A stretch of DNA of 64,000 nt, from the IMG/VR virus record IMGVR_UViG_3300033146_002435, positions 4,818 through 68,817 of that record; one strand, written 5' to 3'. This DNA comes from a virus. Numbering within the stretch: the stretch's first letter is position 1; every line of letters begins with the position of its first letter. A model generated the notes under the pieces. It worked only from the letters and a program-made list of their open reading frames with translations, made no database searches and had not been told where the DNA came from. The translations under genes were made by a program, and so were the position numbers. Positions 19,860-29,474 of this stretch are shown piece after piece.

Positions 19860-19937
19860 GGTGTGTACTCCTATATTTTATTTCGGGTTGTGGTTCCTCT
19901 CCCCGGTGCTGTTAGTTGTAGCAGGAAGAGGAACCGG
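19857..19937 (-). repeat. duplicated intergenic leader, copy 2
   Basis: Near-identical to 19469-19553. Confidence 0.9.
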
Positions 19938-19946
19938 ATTCTCGTT

Positions 19947-20402
19947 TTAGTTCGTAACAAAGGCTCGTGTGCCGTCTTCTTCGTAGAGAAGTTGGTCGGC
20001 TCTCTGCTGTGCGTCTTCTTTCGTGATGACCCATCCATACCTGGGATGTATCTCTTCAACGTGCAGGGTTTTTCCGTTGGAATACGTAATTGTGCTTCCT
20101 TCTTTCAGGGAAAACAGCTGGATTACATTAAAATTCAGTTTGTGTTGGTCGGCAATGTTCAGGGGTTCTCTTTCACTACCCGGTCGCACTGTCCAGAGGC
20201 AATGTTCAGGCTGTGGAAATACCTTGCCATTGGATGAAGAGAGAAGAAGACGGGAGTTTGTACTGACTACCCTGTGCGGGCCAAAGAAATGGCGTTTCCC
20301 GTCTTTTGTGCCTTCAATGTAGGCATATTCCCCTTCGACAATTTTTGTCCAAGGTGTGTAGGTCAGAGTTAAGTTTTGATCTTTTGCGTGATGTGTAATC
20401 AT
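19947..20402 (-). CDS. hypothetical early protein
   Basis: ATG 20402 with GAGG RBS directly after the 20404 stop (track ORF to 20510). Confidence 0.65.
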   Translation of the reverse strand: MITHHAKDQNLTLTYTPWTKIVEGEYAYIEGTKDGKRHFFGPHRVVSTNSRLLLSSSNGKVFPQPEHCLWTVRPGSEREPLNIADQHKLNFNVIQLFSLKEGSTITYSNGKTLHVEEIHPRYGWVITKEDAQQRADQLLYEEDGTRAFVTN

Positions 20403-20403
20403 T

Positions 20404-20823
20404 TTAGTTTTCCTCTCTTTCTGGGAACATTGTTCCCCGGATGTCTGCATGTGTGAATTCAAGGTTTTTTGTGTCGGTATCGTGGAATACCGCACTCCGG
20501 AGATCTGCATGGGAGAAGTCTAATCTGTCCATTTTAGCGTATGAAAAACAAACACAGGAAAGGTCTGCATGGGAAAAGTCGATAGAGAATAGTAGAGAGT
20601 ATGAAAAATTCACTCCCCGAAGGTCGGCATGGGAGAAGTCAGCTCCTGTAAAATTGAGTCCGGAAAGATTATAGTTTCTCAGGTTGGCGTGCGAAAAGTC
20701 GCAACCCTGAAAACTAAAACCGTCCGCATCTAGCCTCTGAAAAAACATTCTGTCATTGTGAGGTACTATTACCCTCTCATGCTCTCCGGATCTGATTAAT
20801 TCTATCTTTTGAACATTTATCAT
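20404..20823 (-). CDS. pentapeptide repeat protein
   Basis: Repeats GCDFS HANLR ... GADFS HADLR. Confidence 0.9.
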   Translation of the reverse strand: MINVQKIELIRSGEHERVIVPHNDRMFFQRLDADGFSFQGCDFSHANLRNYNLSGLNFTGADFSHADLRGVNFSYSLLFSIDFSHADLSCVCFSYAKMDRLDFSHADLRSAVFHDTDTKNLEFTHADIRGTMFPEREEN

Positions 20824-21017
20824 TTCGTCCCCCTCATCGGTATGTGAACAACTCTTTCCACAAGAGTTCTACCCAACCTATAACTATCACCAAAGATTGT
20901 TTTTCCCATGAAACCATAGTTTATATCTTTTTTAGTTACTGTACGCTCAACGCCTTTCACTATTATTGACGCTCCCGGCATGATATAATTTATATGTACT
21001 TTTTCCGTCTTTTTCAT
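20820..21017 (-). CDS. hypothetical early protein
   Basis: 65 aa, ATGA-coupled. Confidence 0.65.
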   Translation of the reverse strand: MKKTEKVHINYIMPGASIIVKGVERTVTKKDINYGFMGKTIFGDSYRLGRTLVERVVHIPMRGTK

Positions 21018-21304
21018 TCCGTCCCCCTCATGATCTTTTTGATGTCCCGGATGCTTTTTTTCTTCCCGTCAATGTACACGTTAAGCCGATAGTAAACATT
21101 CCTCCGGGAAGAATGCATACTTTGCTGAATGAGGTATACCTGGCCTTTATAGGTGAATGTGAGCGTGTTAGTAAACGGAGTGTCTCTCGTGCCTGTCCAG
21201 AAAAAAGAGTTTCCGTATTTTATGTGTATGTCCAGAATATCCTGAAGCATGTTGTTTCGTTTGCGAGTGATTATTTTCCATTCTTGAACTTTCGTCTTTT
21301 TCAT
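21014..21304 (-). CDS. hypothetical early protein
   Basis: 96 aa, coupled to its neighbours. Confidence 0.65.
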   Translation of the reverse strand: MKKTKVQEWKIITRKRNNMLQDILDIHIKYGNSFFWTGTRDTPFTNTLTFTYKGQVYLIQQSMHSSRRNVYYRLNVYIDGKKKSIRDIKKIMRGTE

Positions 21305-21316
21305 TTCGTACCTGCC

Positions 21317-21948
21317 TTAAATATTTGAATCTTTGATTTGTGCGTCTCGAGTGTCGCAATCTCGAGTGTCTGCATCGGTGAAGTTCGTTCCCTCGAGGTT
21401 CGCATGAGAGAGATCAGCATCTGTCATGTCACAGTTCACGAAAAAACATCCGGTAAGGTTCGCATGGGAGAGGTTTACTCCGGAAAGATTTGTCATGAAA
21501 AAACAGCAATTGCTGAGGTTCGCATGGGAAAAGTTAGCGTGGGAGAGGTTGGAGTAGGAAAAATCGGAGCACGTGATTGAGGCACCGTGGAGAGTTGCAG
21601 CTCTGAAATCTGAGTTCGTGAACGTGTTGTTTTTACCTTCTGCTCGTGTAAAATCTGCATCCTGAAATTTTGCGTACTCTGCTACGACATGCACGAGTGA
21701 TGATTCTATGATGGAAGAACCGGAAAGGTCTGCATGGGAAAAGTTTAGTTCCTCCATGGTGGAGTAGGAAAACAGAGCGTTCCGGAGAGATGCCTTGGAA
21801 AAATTCATGCTGTCAAGATTAAGTCCTGAAAAATTGTAAAAATTAAGTGCAGCGTTTGAAAAGTCTGCACCTAAAATCTCGTTGCTATCTTCTGTGATAT
21901 ATTGAAATTGCTCTGTGTCGTCGAGTTTTGTATTACTTCTGTTCTCAT
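21317..21948 (-). CDS. pentapeptide repeat protein, apparently frameshifted near its 5' end
   Basis: Repeat frame (track ORF 21317-21808) is open upstream (GADFS NAALN FYNFS GLNLD), but the RBS-bearing ATG at 21948 is out of frame by one base. Confidence 0.75.
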
Positions 21949-21966
21949 GGTGCTGTTCCTTATTTT

Positions 21967-22161
21967 TTATTTTGATTCGAGTGATTTTTTCAACTCAGTT
22001 AAGTGCTTGATAACACTATCAATAGATTCTACCGTGTCCGTTGGCATCCACTTGGAAGCCCAAGGCTTTGAGGCATACATGAACTTGATGCTTAAGCCTT
22101 TCACGCCCCTTTTGCTAATCTCTCTGAACTCGTGTTTAAAATTACTTGTTACTTGTGGCAT
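21967..22161 (-). CDS. hypothetical early protein
   Basis: 64 aa with AAGGA RBS. Confidence 0.6.
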   Translation of the reverse strand: MPQVTSNFKHEFREISKRGVKGLSIKFMYASKPWASKWMPTDTVESIDSVIKHLTELKKSLESK

Positions 22162-22185
22162 ATCTCATTCCTTATTTTAGTTGAT

Positions 22186-22216
22186 TCGCACCTGATGCAA
22201 GCTGTATCAGGTGCGA
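22186..22216. promoter_or_regulatory. inverted repeat made of two GCACCTGAT motifs
   Basis: TCGCACCTGAT-9 nt-ATCAGGTGCGA; core shared with the 30-bp array at 29475. Confidence 0.55.
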
Positions 22217-22228
22217 GTTTTGGTTAGT

Positions 22229-22720
22229 TTAAACTTTCAGGGAGACTCTGTAAGACTCAGAGACCCGGTTAAATATGATTTCCGGATTTTCTCCCCGGGC
22301 CTGTCCGCCTGCACCTTGAAGCTGTGCGATCTGTGCGGCGTTTTCAGCTTCTGCGATGGCTTTCTCAGAAAAGCCTTTCAGGGGTTGGAAAGTTAATTTG
22401 AAGAAATCAGAGAGAACTTGACGTGCGGTCTTGTCTTTCCAGATCGTATAGAGGGCTTTGATGTTGATCTGGAAATTCTTAGCAGTTGAAGCCTTAGAGG
22501 TCTTCAGAGTTGCTAAAGTTTGCGTGCCGTTTGAGAAAACTACGTCTTCTCCCTGATCGGTGAACTGCTTTGCGGCAGCTTTAAGAGTTTTTACATGGGA
22601 CTCGTACACTTTAATAGTGGCCTTAGCCGTCTCGTATGATGCAATGTTGGCTGAGTTGGAAACCACGCTAAGGGAGTCTTGCTGTGTAGGGCTGAGAGTG
22701 CTAAAATCGATGTTTTTCAT
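22229..22720 (-). CDS. hypothetical early protein
   Basis: 163 aa; first gene after a strong promoter. Confidence 0.75.
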   Translation of the reverse strand: MKNIDFSTLSPTQQDSLSVVSNSANIASYETAKATIKVYESHVKTLKAAAKQFTDQGEDVVFSNGTQTLATLKTSKASTAKNFQINIKALYTIWKDKTARQVLSDFFKLTFQPLKGFSEKAIAEAENAAQIAQLQGAGGQARGENPEIIFNRVSESYRVSLKV

Positions 22721-22790
22721 ATTGTAAATCCTTGTATTTTATTTTACCGTTCCGGGTTCTTTTCGTGTTCCCCGTCTCGGTATGCTCTTA

Positions 22791-22819
22791 AATATAATTC
22801 CTTTCGTTTCATTTGTCAA
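22791..22819 (-). promoter_or_regulatory. strong sigma70-type early promoter
   Basis: TTGACA-17 nt-TATATT with A-rich upstream region. Confidence 0.8.
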
Positions 22820-22906
22820 CATGAATTTCATCTTTTTTTGTAATAAAGATGAGGGAGAAACCCGAAACCGTTGGCAATCAAGGGTTTCGGGCATGAAAAA
22901 AATTTT

Positions 22907-23446
22907 TCATTTTAAGACTTCACTTTGATTCCTGCGTAGCCATTGGGCCTCATATTTGGTTCTGAGTTTCTCGCCTCGTCTCCGGGCCTCGGCTTTAATG
23001 TAATTGTAAGCTGTGGTGCGAGAGACTCCAAGCTCTCGGGCCACGGCTGTGGTTGTCATAGGTGATCCTGTTGAAGCACCCGTATACATATCATAGGCAT
23101 GGCTCGGATCTTTGTGCATGTGCCTGCCTCTACCCGATTTACCGTTACCGACGACACCCAGAGGATTAGGGATCTCCCATGCGTACAGGCAGCCGGAGAT
23201 AAACTGTGTGGATTTCCGGAATGCGGAAGCACATTTGGTGATCGTCCATCCTTTTTTAGAGTACGCAAGAGTGAGGTTCTTCCGGGTAAACCGGATTTTA
23301 GATGTTTCTTCTTTGATAGTGGTCATCTCATCAGGATTCAAGTCTTGCTGTTCTGTTGCAGTTTCCTGTTCTGTTGCGGTTGTGGTTTCCCGTGGGGTTT
23401 CCTGTGGGGTTTCCTGTGGGGTTTCCGTTTCGTTGAAATAAGTCAT
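22907..23446 (-). CDS. helix-turn-helix DNA-binding protein
   Basis: ATG 23446 with AGGAGG RBS; HTH-like MTTTAVARELGVSRTTAYNYI and a second possible HTH WTITKCASAFRKSTQFISG; ETPQ repeats at N-terminus. Confidence 0.75.
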   Translation of the reverse strand: MTYFNETETPQETPQETPRETTTATEQETATEQQDLNPDEMTTIKEETSKIRFTRKNLTLAYSKKGWTITKCASAFRKSTQFISGCLYAWEIPNPLGVVGNGKSGRGRHMHKDPSHAYDMYTGASTGSPMTTTAVARELGVSRTTAYNYIKAEARRRGEKLRTKYEAQWLRRNQSEVLK

Positions 23447-23645
23447 GGTGGCCTCCTGTTGGCTTGTGGTTGGTTGTCCCAAGTGCGTGTGATGCTATGG
23501 CCTGGGTTTTGGGTTGCTGTTGCTTATTTTGGATTCTCGAAGGTTTTTGATTTGGGTTTCGGATTCTGGATTCTCGTTTTGGATTTTAGATTGAGAAAAT
23601 AACACCGGGTTACATCAGGTGCTTGTCTTTCCCGGTTATGTTCGT

Positions 23646-23674
23646 AATATAGATTATCATGTTTCATGTGTCAA
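23646..23674 (-). promoter_or_regulatory. strong sigma70-type early promoter
   Basis: TTGACA-17 nt-TATATT. Confidence 0.8.
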
Positions 23675-23699
23675 TACGTTTAACGCTGTTAAACAGGGA

Positions 23700-24800
23700 T
23701 TTTACTTTAGGTTTACACGAGGAGGGAGTCAGGTTCTCGGAGGTTTGTTATGTCACATGATTCTAAATTCCGCATTCTATTGGTTATTACTGAGTCAGGG
23801 GTTTGTTTATTTAATCATTATGCGGTTGACTTGACACTCTGTATGACCCCCCTTGTACAGTTAAAGAGAGAAGATCATCTGAAAAATTTTCCACAGGGGG
23901 GTGTACATATAGATATATTCTTAATTCCTTTAATATGTTTATTGTATGTAATAGTATGTAGTTTGTAGTAATTGAATTGTTATACATTGTGATATAAGTC
24001 AGGTAAGAGTGGTAAGTAAACTGTTTATGCCTAATAAGTGTAATAACTTCATTCCTTTGTTGTTACATGTGTGATATGATTTTCAACTACTCATTAGTCT
24101 AAAATGTGAGCTAATGTACAGCGAAAAGTGTGTAAGTGAACATAGCGATTCGGACATTGTTTTACAAAAAACATAACCTATTAGCCTCTTTTTTTGTTTC
24201 CATTTCCTACTAGCACCTGGTACTTACGTGCACACGAAGATCATCTGCAATTACCCGTAATCTAAACTTGTTGCACTATGTTTAGATTATGCGTAACGAT
24301 TAGTTGAAAGTTCAATGCATGTAATAGCCTTGTCTGTCATACATTTAGTTATGTAAATGTTATGTCATTTGTTATGACAATGTAATCTAAAGGACTTTTA
24401 CACATATAATAAAAGAACAGAAACGCATATCATGTTACATGATTATCATGTGTAATTACCCGTAATCTAAACATATCTATCACTTTACATAACATAATGA
24501 CACCGTAAAGTGAACTTCTCTGTTCACTCATTAGGGCTAATGTACAGGAAGAAACAATTTACCGGACATTTACATAACAAATGTGAACATTGTTTAACGC
24601 ATTTAAAGTGCGGTGTTATAACAGGGACATAATGATTAACTAATCATTGGTTTTCCCATGACATAAGAAACTAGCACCTGGCACAGCTTTTTTTCTGCCT
24701 CGGGCCTTGTTTGGTTCTGGACGTGCGGGCCTGTTTAACGGCACTACGCCCCTCCTCCCGCCTCCTGCCTCCACCGTCTGCTTTGTATCAGGTGCTTGTG
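23700..24800. other. AT-rich non-coding block with dispersed direct and inverted repeats
   Basis: No credible ORF; AATTACCCGTAATCTAAAC x2, GCTAATGTACAG x2, TAGCACCTGG x2, GAAGATCATCTG x2. Confidence 0.75.
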
Positions 24801-24932
24801 TAATAGCGGGATGAAACAATTAAAAAGAGAAAAGGATCAATACTATATATATATGTGCGTGCGTGCGTGCGTTGATCCTTGAAACCCAGGCCAAGTGGGC
24901 TTCTGGATTTTTTGCCGTGTTTCTCGCACCGG

Positions 24933-25798
24933 GCCGCATCCACCGCCACAGCCGCAGCCGCAGCCGCATCCGCATCCACCGCCACAGCCACAGCCACCGC
25001 CACAGCCACAGCCACAGCCACAGCCGCAGCCACAGCCACAGCCACAGCCACAGCCGCATCCACAGCCACAGCCACAGCCACAGCCACAGCCACAGCCACA
25101 GCCACAGCCGCATCCACAGCCACAGCCACAGCCACAGCCGCAGCCACAGCCACAGCCACAGCCGTAGCCAGACCACAGCCACAGCCGCAGCCACAGCCGC
25201 AGCCACAGCCACAGCCACAGCCACAGCCACAGCCACAGCCATAGCCGTAGCCACAGCCACAGCCACAGCCACAGCCACAGCCACAGCCACAGCCGCATCC
25301 ACAGCCACAGCCACAGCCACAGCCACAGCCACAGCCGCATCCACAGCCACAGCCACAGCCACAGCCACAGCCGCATCCACAGCCACAGCCACAGCCACAG
25401 CCACAGCCACAGCCAGACCACAGCCACAGCCAGACCACAGCCACAGCCAGACCACAGCCAGACCACAGCCACAGCCAGACCACAGCCACAGCCAGACCAC
25501 AGCCAGACCACAGCCACAGCCAGACCACAGCCAGACCACAGCCACAGCCAGACCACAGCCACAGCCACAGCCAGACCACAGCCAGACCACAGCCAGACCA
25601 CAGCCACAGCCAGACCACAGCCAGACCACAGCCACAGCCAGACCACAGCCAGACCACAGCCACAGCCAGACCACAGCCACAGCCAGACCACAGCCACAGC
25701 CAGACCACAGCCACAGCCAGACCACAGCCAGACCACAGCCAGACCACAGCCACAGCCAGACCACAGCCGCAGCCACAGCCAGACCACAGCCACAGCCG
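24933..25798. repeat. microsatellite array 1: (GCCACA)n with GCCGCA/TCCACA variants and GCCAGACCACA 11-mers
   Basis: Directly visible, ~865 bp. Confidence 0.97.
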
Positions 25799-25800
25799 AT

Positions 25801-26468
25801 TTACACATGAACTGGATATAAAACAATATCTACGCTATCACAGGCACATGCTTTACATTTGCCACATTTCACTTTTTTTGCCGTTTTTTCCGATATTGCG
25901 GGACAAACAACTACGGATAAACCCTTTGTTCTCAGCAACCCTTTGTTCTCAGCATTTTAGCTTCCATGGTCGCCTGGACGATGCGATGTTTTAGCGGCTT
26001 GCGTAGATCACCGACCACACGGGATTCGCGATAGCCCTTGTATTCCTCTTGATTTGATAATCGAGTGGGGAAACCCATATTTCTGTACGCTAAATATTTA
26101 CTAACCGTTTCGACCGGAAAATGAACTAATCCAGACTGGATTTTTGGGATCAGTTTTTTTGCGATGAGCTGAAGAATTTCTTTTTGCTCATTGTTCAGTT
26201 CAGAAAAAGATGGAAACGATCCAAATGATGAAAATCTGATCCACGGACACGACTGTAAATCATTCATTATAGACAAGATCCCGAATAGAAACCCAGTGAA
26301 GTCATCTGAGTGTTTCCGGAGAAATGGGTTAAGATCTTTATACTTTTTTGCCTTGGAATTTTTGTGAAATGGGCAATTCTTCGAGCAAAATTTACCGGAA
26401 CCCTTACACGCATTTAGTGCGATTGAGTTTTTACATCCCTTGCTGAATGTAGACTTTATGTTCATCAC
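25801..26468 (-). pseudogene. Cys-rich GP88-like protein interrupted by a 17-bp tandem duplication
   Basis: Removing one copy of ACCCTTTGTTCTCAGCA (25921-25954) restores a 216-aa ORF ending VVCPA...KCGKCKAC...IVLYPVHV. Family assignment is from recalled motif pattern. Confidence 0.7.
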
Positions 26469-26695
26469 ATTACCTCGAAAAGTTCGGAAAATTGTTGAAA
26501 GTGGAGCTCAACGTACTGAGCTAAAAAAGTTACGAAGTTAATGTGATATGTGTATCTGTGGAGTTGCTCCATAATCTCAATATCCATCAAGTCGATTATA
26601 GTGTTTTTTCGTGCCATGATAACTAAGCTCACAGCATATCTAGTTGTATTTTTGTAGCCTTTTTTTGCCAATTCTTCCGTTAAATTTTTGTTCAT
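26465..26695 (-). CDS. hypothetical early protein
   Basis: AAGGAG RBS, coupled to neighbours. Confidence 0.7.
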   Translation of the reverse strand: MNKNLTEELAKKGYKNTTRYAVSLVIMARKNTIIDLMDIEIMEQLHRYTYHINFVTFLAQYVELHFQQFSELFEVM

Positions 26696-26964
26696 TTTGT
26701 ACTCCTTAAAACTTGCTCTGTTTGCCCGTACACACGTATGTGTTCAGAGTCGTATTCACGTACTCTCATAACATGATTTGGGAATTTTTTTATCATAATT
26801 TTTTTAATTGACTCTGTTGATATACTACAATTTAAATCGATGTAGATTGTGTTTCCCTTATCTTCGTATCCGTAACCCGCAATATGAGGTTGATATTTCA
26901 TGATACGAGTGATATTTTTGAATTTTGTCATTAATCCTGTTTTTTGTCTTTCTGTAAATTTCAT
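26692..26964 (-). CDS. hypothetical early protein
   Basis: AAGGGA RBS, coupled to the next gene. Confidence 0.7.
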   Translation of the reverse strand: MKFTERQKTGLMTKFKNITRIMKYQPHIAGYGYEDKGNTIYIDLNCSISTESIKKIMIKKFPNHVMRVREYDSEHIRVYGQTEQVLRSTK

Positions 26965-27011
26965 TTCCCTTAATCCCTTATTTTTTATTTTGTCTTGTCT
27001 TGTTTGGAGCC

Positions 27012-27057
27012 AAAAAAAAAAACCCGATCAACTCCAGTGGAGTTGATCGGGTTTTTT
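27012..27057 (-). terminator. strong intrinsic terminator-like hairpin (bidirectional form)
   Basis: A-run, CCCGATCAACTCCA-G-TGGAGTTGATCGGG, T-run. Confidence 0.8.
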
Positions 27058-27059
27058 GA

Positions 27060-27248
27060 CTAGATTTGCTTTCGCATGTGACGCATTACCCAACGTAAGG
27101 GACGTTTTTTACGCAATACATGTATCCCCTTGCTGTCGTTACAATTACATAGCCACTCACGGTATACGACACTTGTCGGTGCCATTTCTTTACGGTTGCA
27201 GTCATTTATTGCTCTCACTATTATCTTCGCTATCTTTTTCTTTTTCAT
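27060..27248 (-). CDS. small basic hypothetical protein
   Basis: 62 aa, GGAG RBS, ATGA-coupled. Confidence 0.6.
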   Translation of the reverse strand: MKKKKIAKIIVRAINDCNRKEMAPTSVVYREWLCNCNDSKGIHVLRKKRPLRWVMRHMRKQI

Positions 27249-27607
27249 TTTGTACTCTCCAAAATTGATTCTAACTGTTCTACGTCTTTGTCAGTAAAAA
27301 CGTGATTTGCATCATCTAAAAAATCGAATTCGTGACCGTTCAAACGATCGTTTTTTTTCAGTTTGAGCAAGAGAAAATTTACTCTATTGTCTATCTCATC
27401 TTGCTTTGCTCTCATACTCTCATCCCGCAATTTTTTACGCTTGTTCTTTGCATTTTCGCACGAATGAAATTCGTTTCTGGGAACCCAGAGAATACCGTGG
27501 AATTCTACGGGATAGTATGATCCATTTTTGGACTGCAACAATGCTATCTGGCAGTCACATTTTTTACATCGTTTTATTTGCCAATTTTTTACTTTGACAT
27601 AGTTCAT
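27245..27607 (-). CDS. hypothetical zinc-finger-like protein
   Basis: ATG 27607 after a G-rich RBS; CKKC...NGSYYPVE...HSC. The track ORF extends through the terminator, which is unlikely. Confidence 0.65.
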   Translation of the reverse strand: MNYVKVKNWQIKRCKKCDCQIALLQSKNGSYYPVEFHGILWVPRNEFHSCENAKNKRKKLRDESMRAKQDEIDNRVNFLLLKLKKNDRLNGHEFDFLDDANHVFTDKDVEQLESILESTK

Positions 27608-27640
27608 TTCCCCCCCCTTTTTTTTCCTTTGTTTGGAATC

Positions 27641-27681
27641 AAAAAAAAACCCGGTCAATCCCAAGGGATTGATCGGGTTTT
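27641..27681 (-). terminator. intrinsic terminator-like hairpin, paralog of 27012-27057
   Basis: A-run, CCCGGTCAATCCC-AA-GGGATTGATCGGG, T-run. Confidence 0.75.
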
Positions 27682-27684
27682 CGA

Positions 27685-28089
27685 CTAAATTTGTACGTAT
27701 CCTCTGATCCACGCATCCTGAACTCTCTGTGCGTTTGCGGGATATACGCTTTGTTCGGGGTTGCTAATCTCCATGATTCCGTCGGTCAGCACCACGTAGA
27801 CCGCCGGATCGAAGCTTTTGTTTTCGGGGTTGACCAAAACTGTATGATTTTTTTTCAGTTTGGAGATGAGCTCCTGAACTCCGGAAAGTTTTCCGTCGGA
27901 AAGCAATTCTAAGGCAAAAAAAGACTCAAGAGCTAATCTCAACGTAGCTCTTTCTTCCAACACTACCATATATTCATAACGGGTTTTCTCAGAGAGAAAT
28001 AAAAACAGCTCATGAGCTGTTTTTTGGTCGAGATGGTCTGCCATGACCACCTCATCCGAAAATCGGATTACCTTGTATTCTTTTTTCAT
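27685..28089 (-). CDS. hypothetical early protein
   Basis: AGGAG RBS; first gene after the promoter at 28159. Confidence 0.75.
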   Translation of the reverse strand: MKKEYKVIRFSDEVVMADHLDQKTAHELFLFLSEKTRYEYMVVLEERATLRLALESFFALELLSDGKLSGVQELISKLKKNHTVLVNPENKSFDPAVYVVLTDGIMEISNPEQSVYPANAQRVQDAWIRGYVQI

Positions 28090-28130
28090 CTTGTGCTCCT
28101 GTTTTTTATTTACCCTTGCGGGATAATGCT

Positions 28131-28159
28131 AATATACATTCATTTTTTTGTTGTGTCAA
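28131..28159 (-). promoter_or_regulatory. strong sigma70-type early promoter
   Basis: TTGACA-17 nt-TATATT (TG just upstream of -10). Confidence 0.8.
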
Positions 28160-28260
28160 GAAAAAAATGAAATTTATTTGACATAACAAGCTGTGAAACG
28201 TGTAAACCGTTGGTAACACTCATTTTTCGATTAAAAGTTTTTTTTGTTTGATTGTTTTTT

Positions 28261-29260
<1,000 letters not shown>

Positions 29261-29344
29261 CAAAAATACAGGTACTCGTCAATCCATCGTGACGTACTAG
29301 GTGCGGGGGGCCTGTAACCCCCCAGAATTTTTTTCAAATTTTAT

Positions 29345-29373
29345 TTGACAAGCTCGACACTTCTAAGTATAGT
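29345..29373 (+). promoter_or_regulatory. rightward sigma70-type promoter overlapped by GACACT-N9-AGTGTC operator (29356-29376)
   Basis: TTGACA-17 nt-TATAGT. Confidence 0.78.
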
Positions 29374-29474
29374 GTCAAGTAACGAAGCACCCTCCCCGCA
29401 AGGGCGATACGTTGATCCGTCCGAGATAGAACAGAATGGGGGCTGCGGGGGGCCCTCCCTTTTCTCTAGTTACC

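Noticed and set aside
245-23968. Numerous short plus-strand ORFs in the left arm (and minus-strand ORFs in the right arm)
   Set aside because: They are antisense shadows of well-supported genes, with no RBS or motifs.
24933-25798. Chi-site array (GCTGTGG resembles GCTGGTGG)
   Set aside because: Not an exact E. coli Chi, and the host's Chi sequence is unknown.
24788-25826. Long ORFs in several frames over array 1 (poly-AT, PQ, HS, CG, WL, AV peptides)
   Set aside because: Open frames follow automatically from a repeat lacking stop codons; no convincing RBS, and the 11-mer units scramble the frames.
25932-25934. TGA read-through or selenocysteine after GC
   Set aside because: The conserved-looking C-terminus is in a different frame; only removal of the 17-bp copy restores it.
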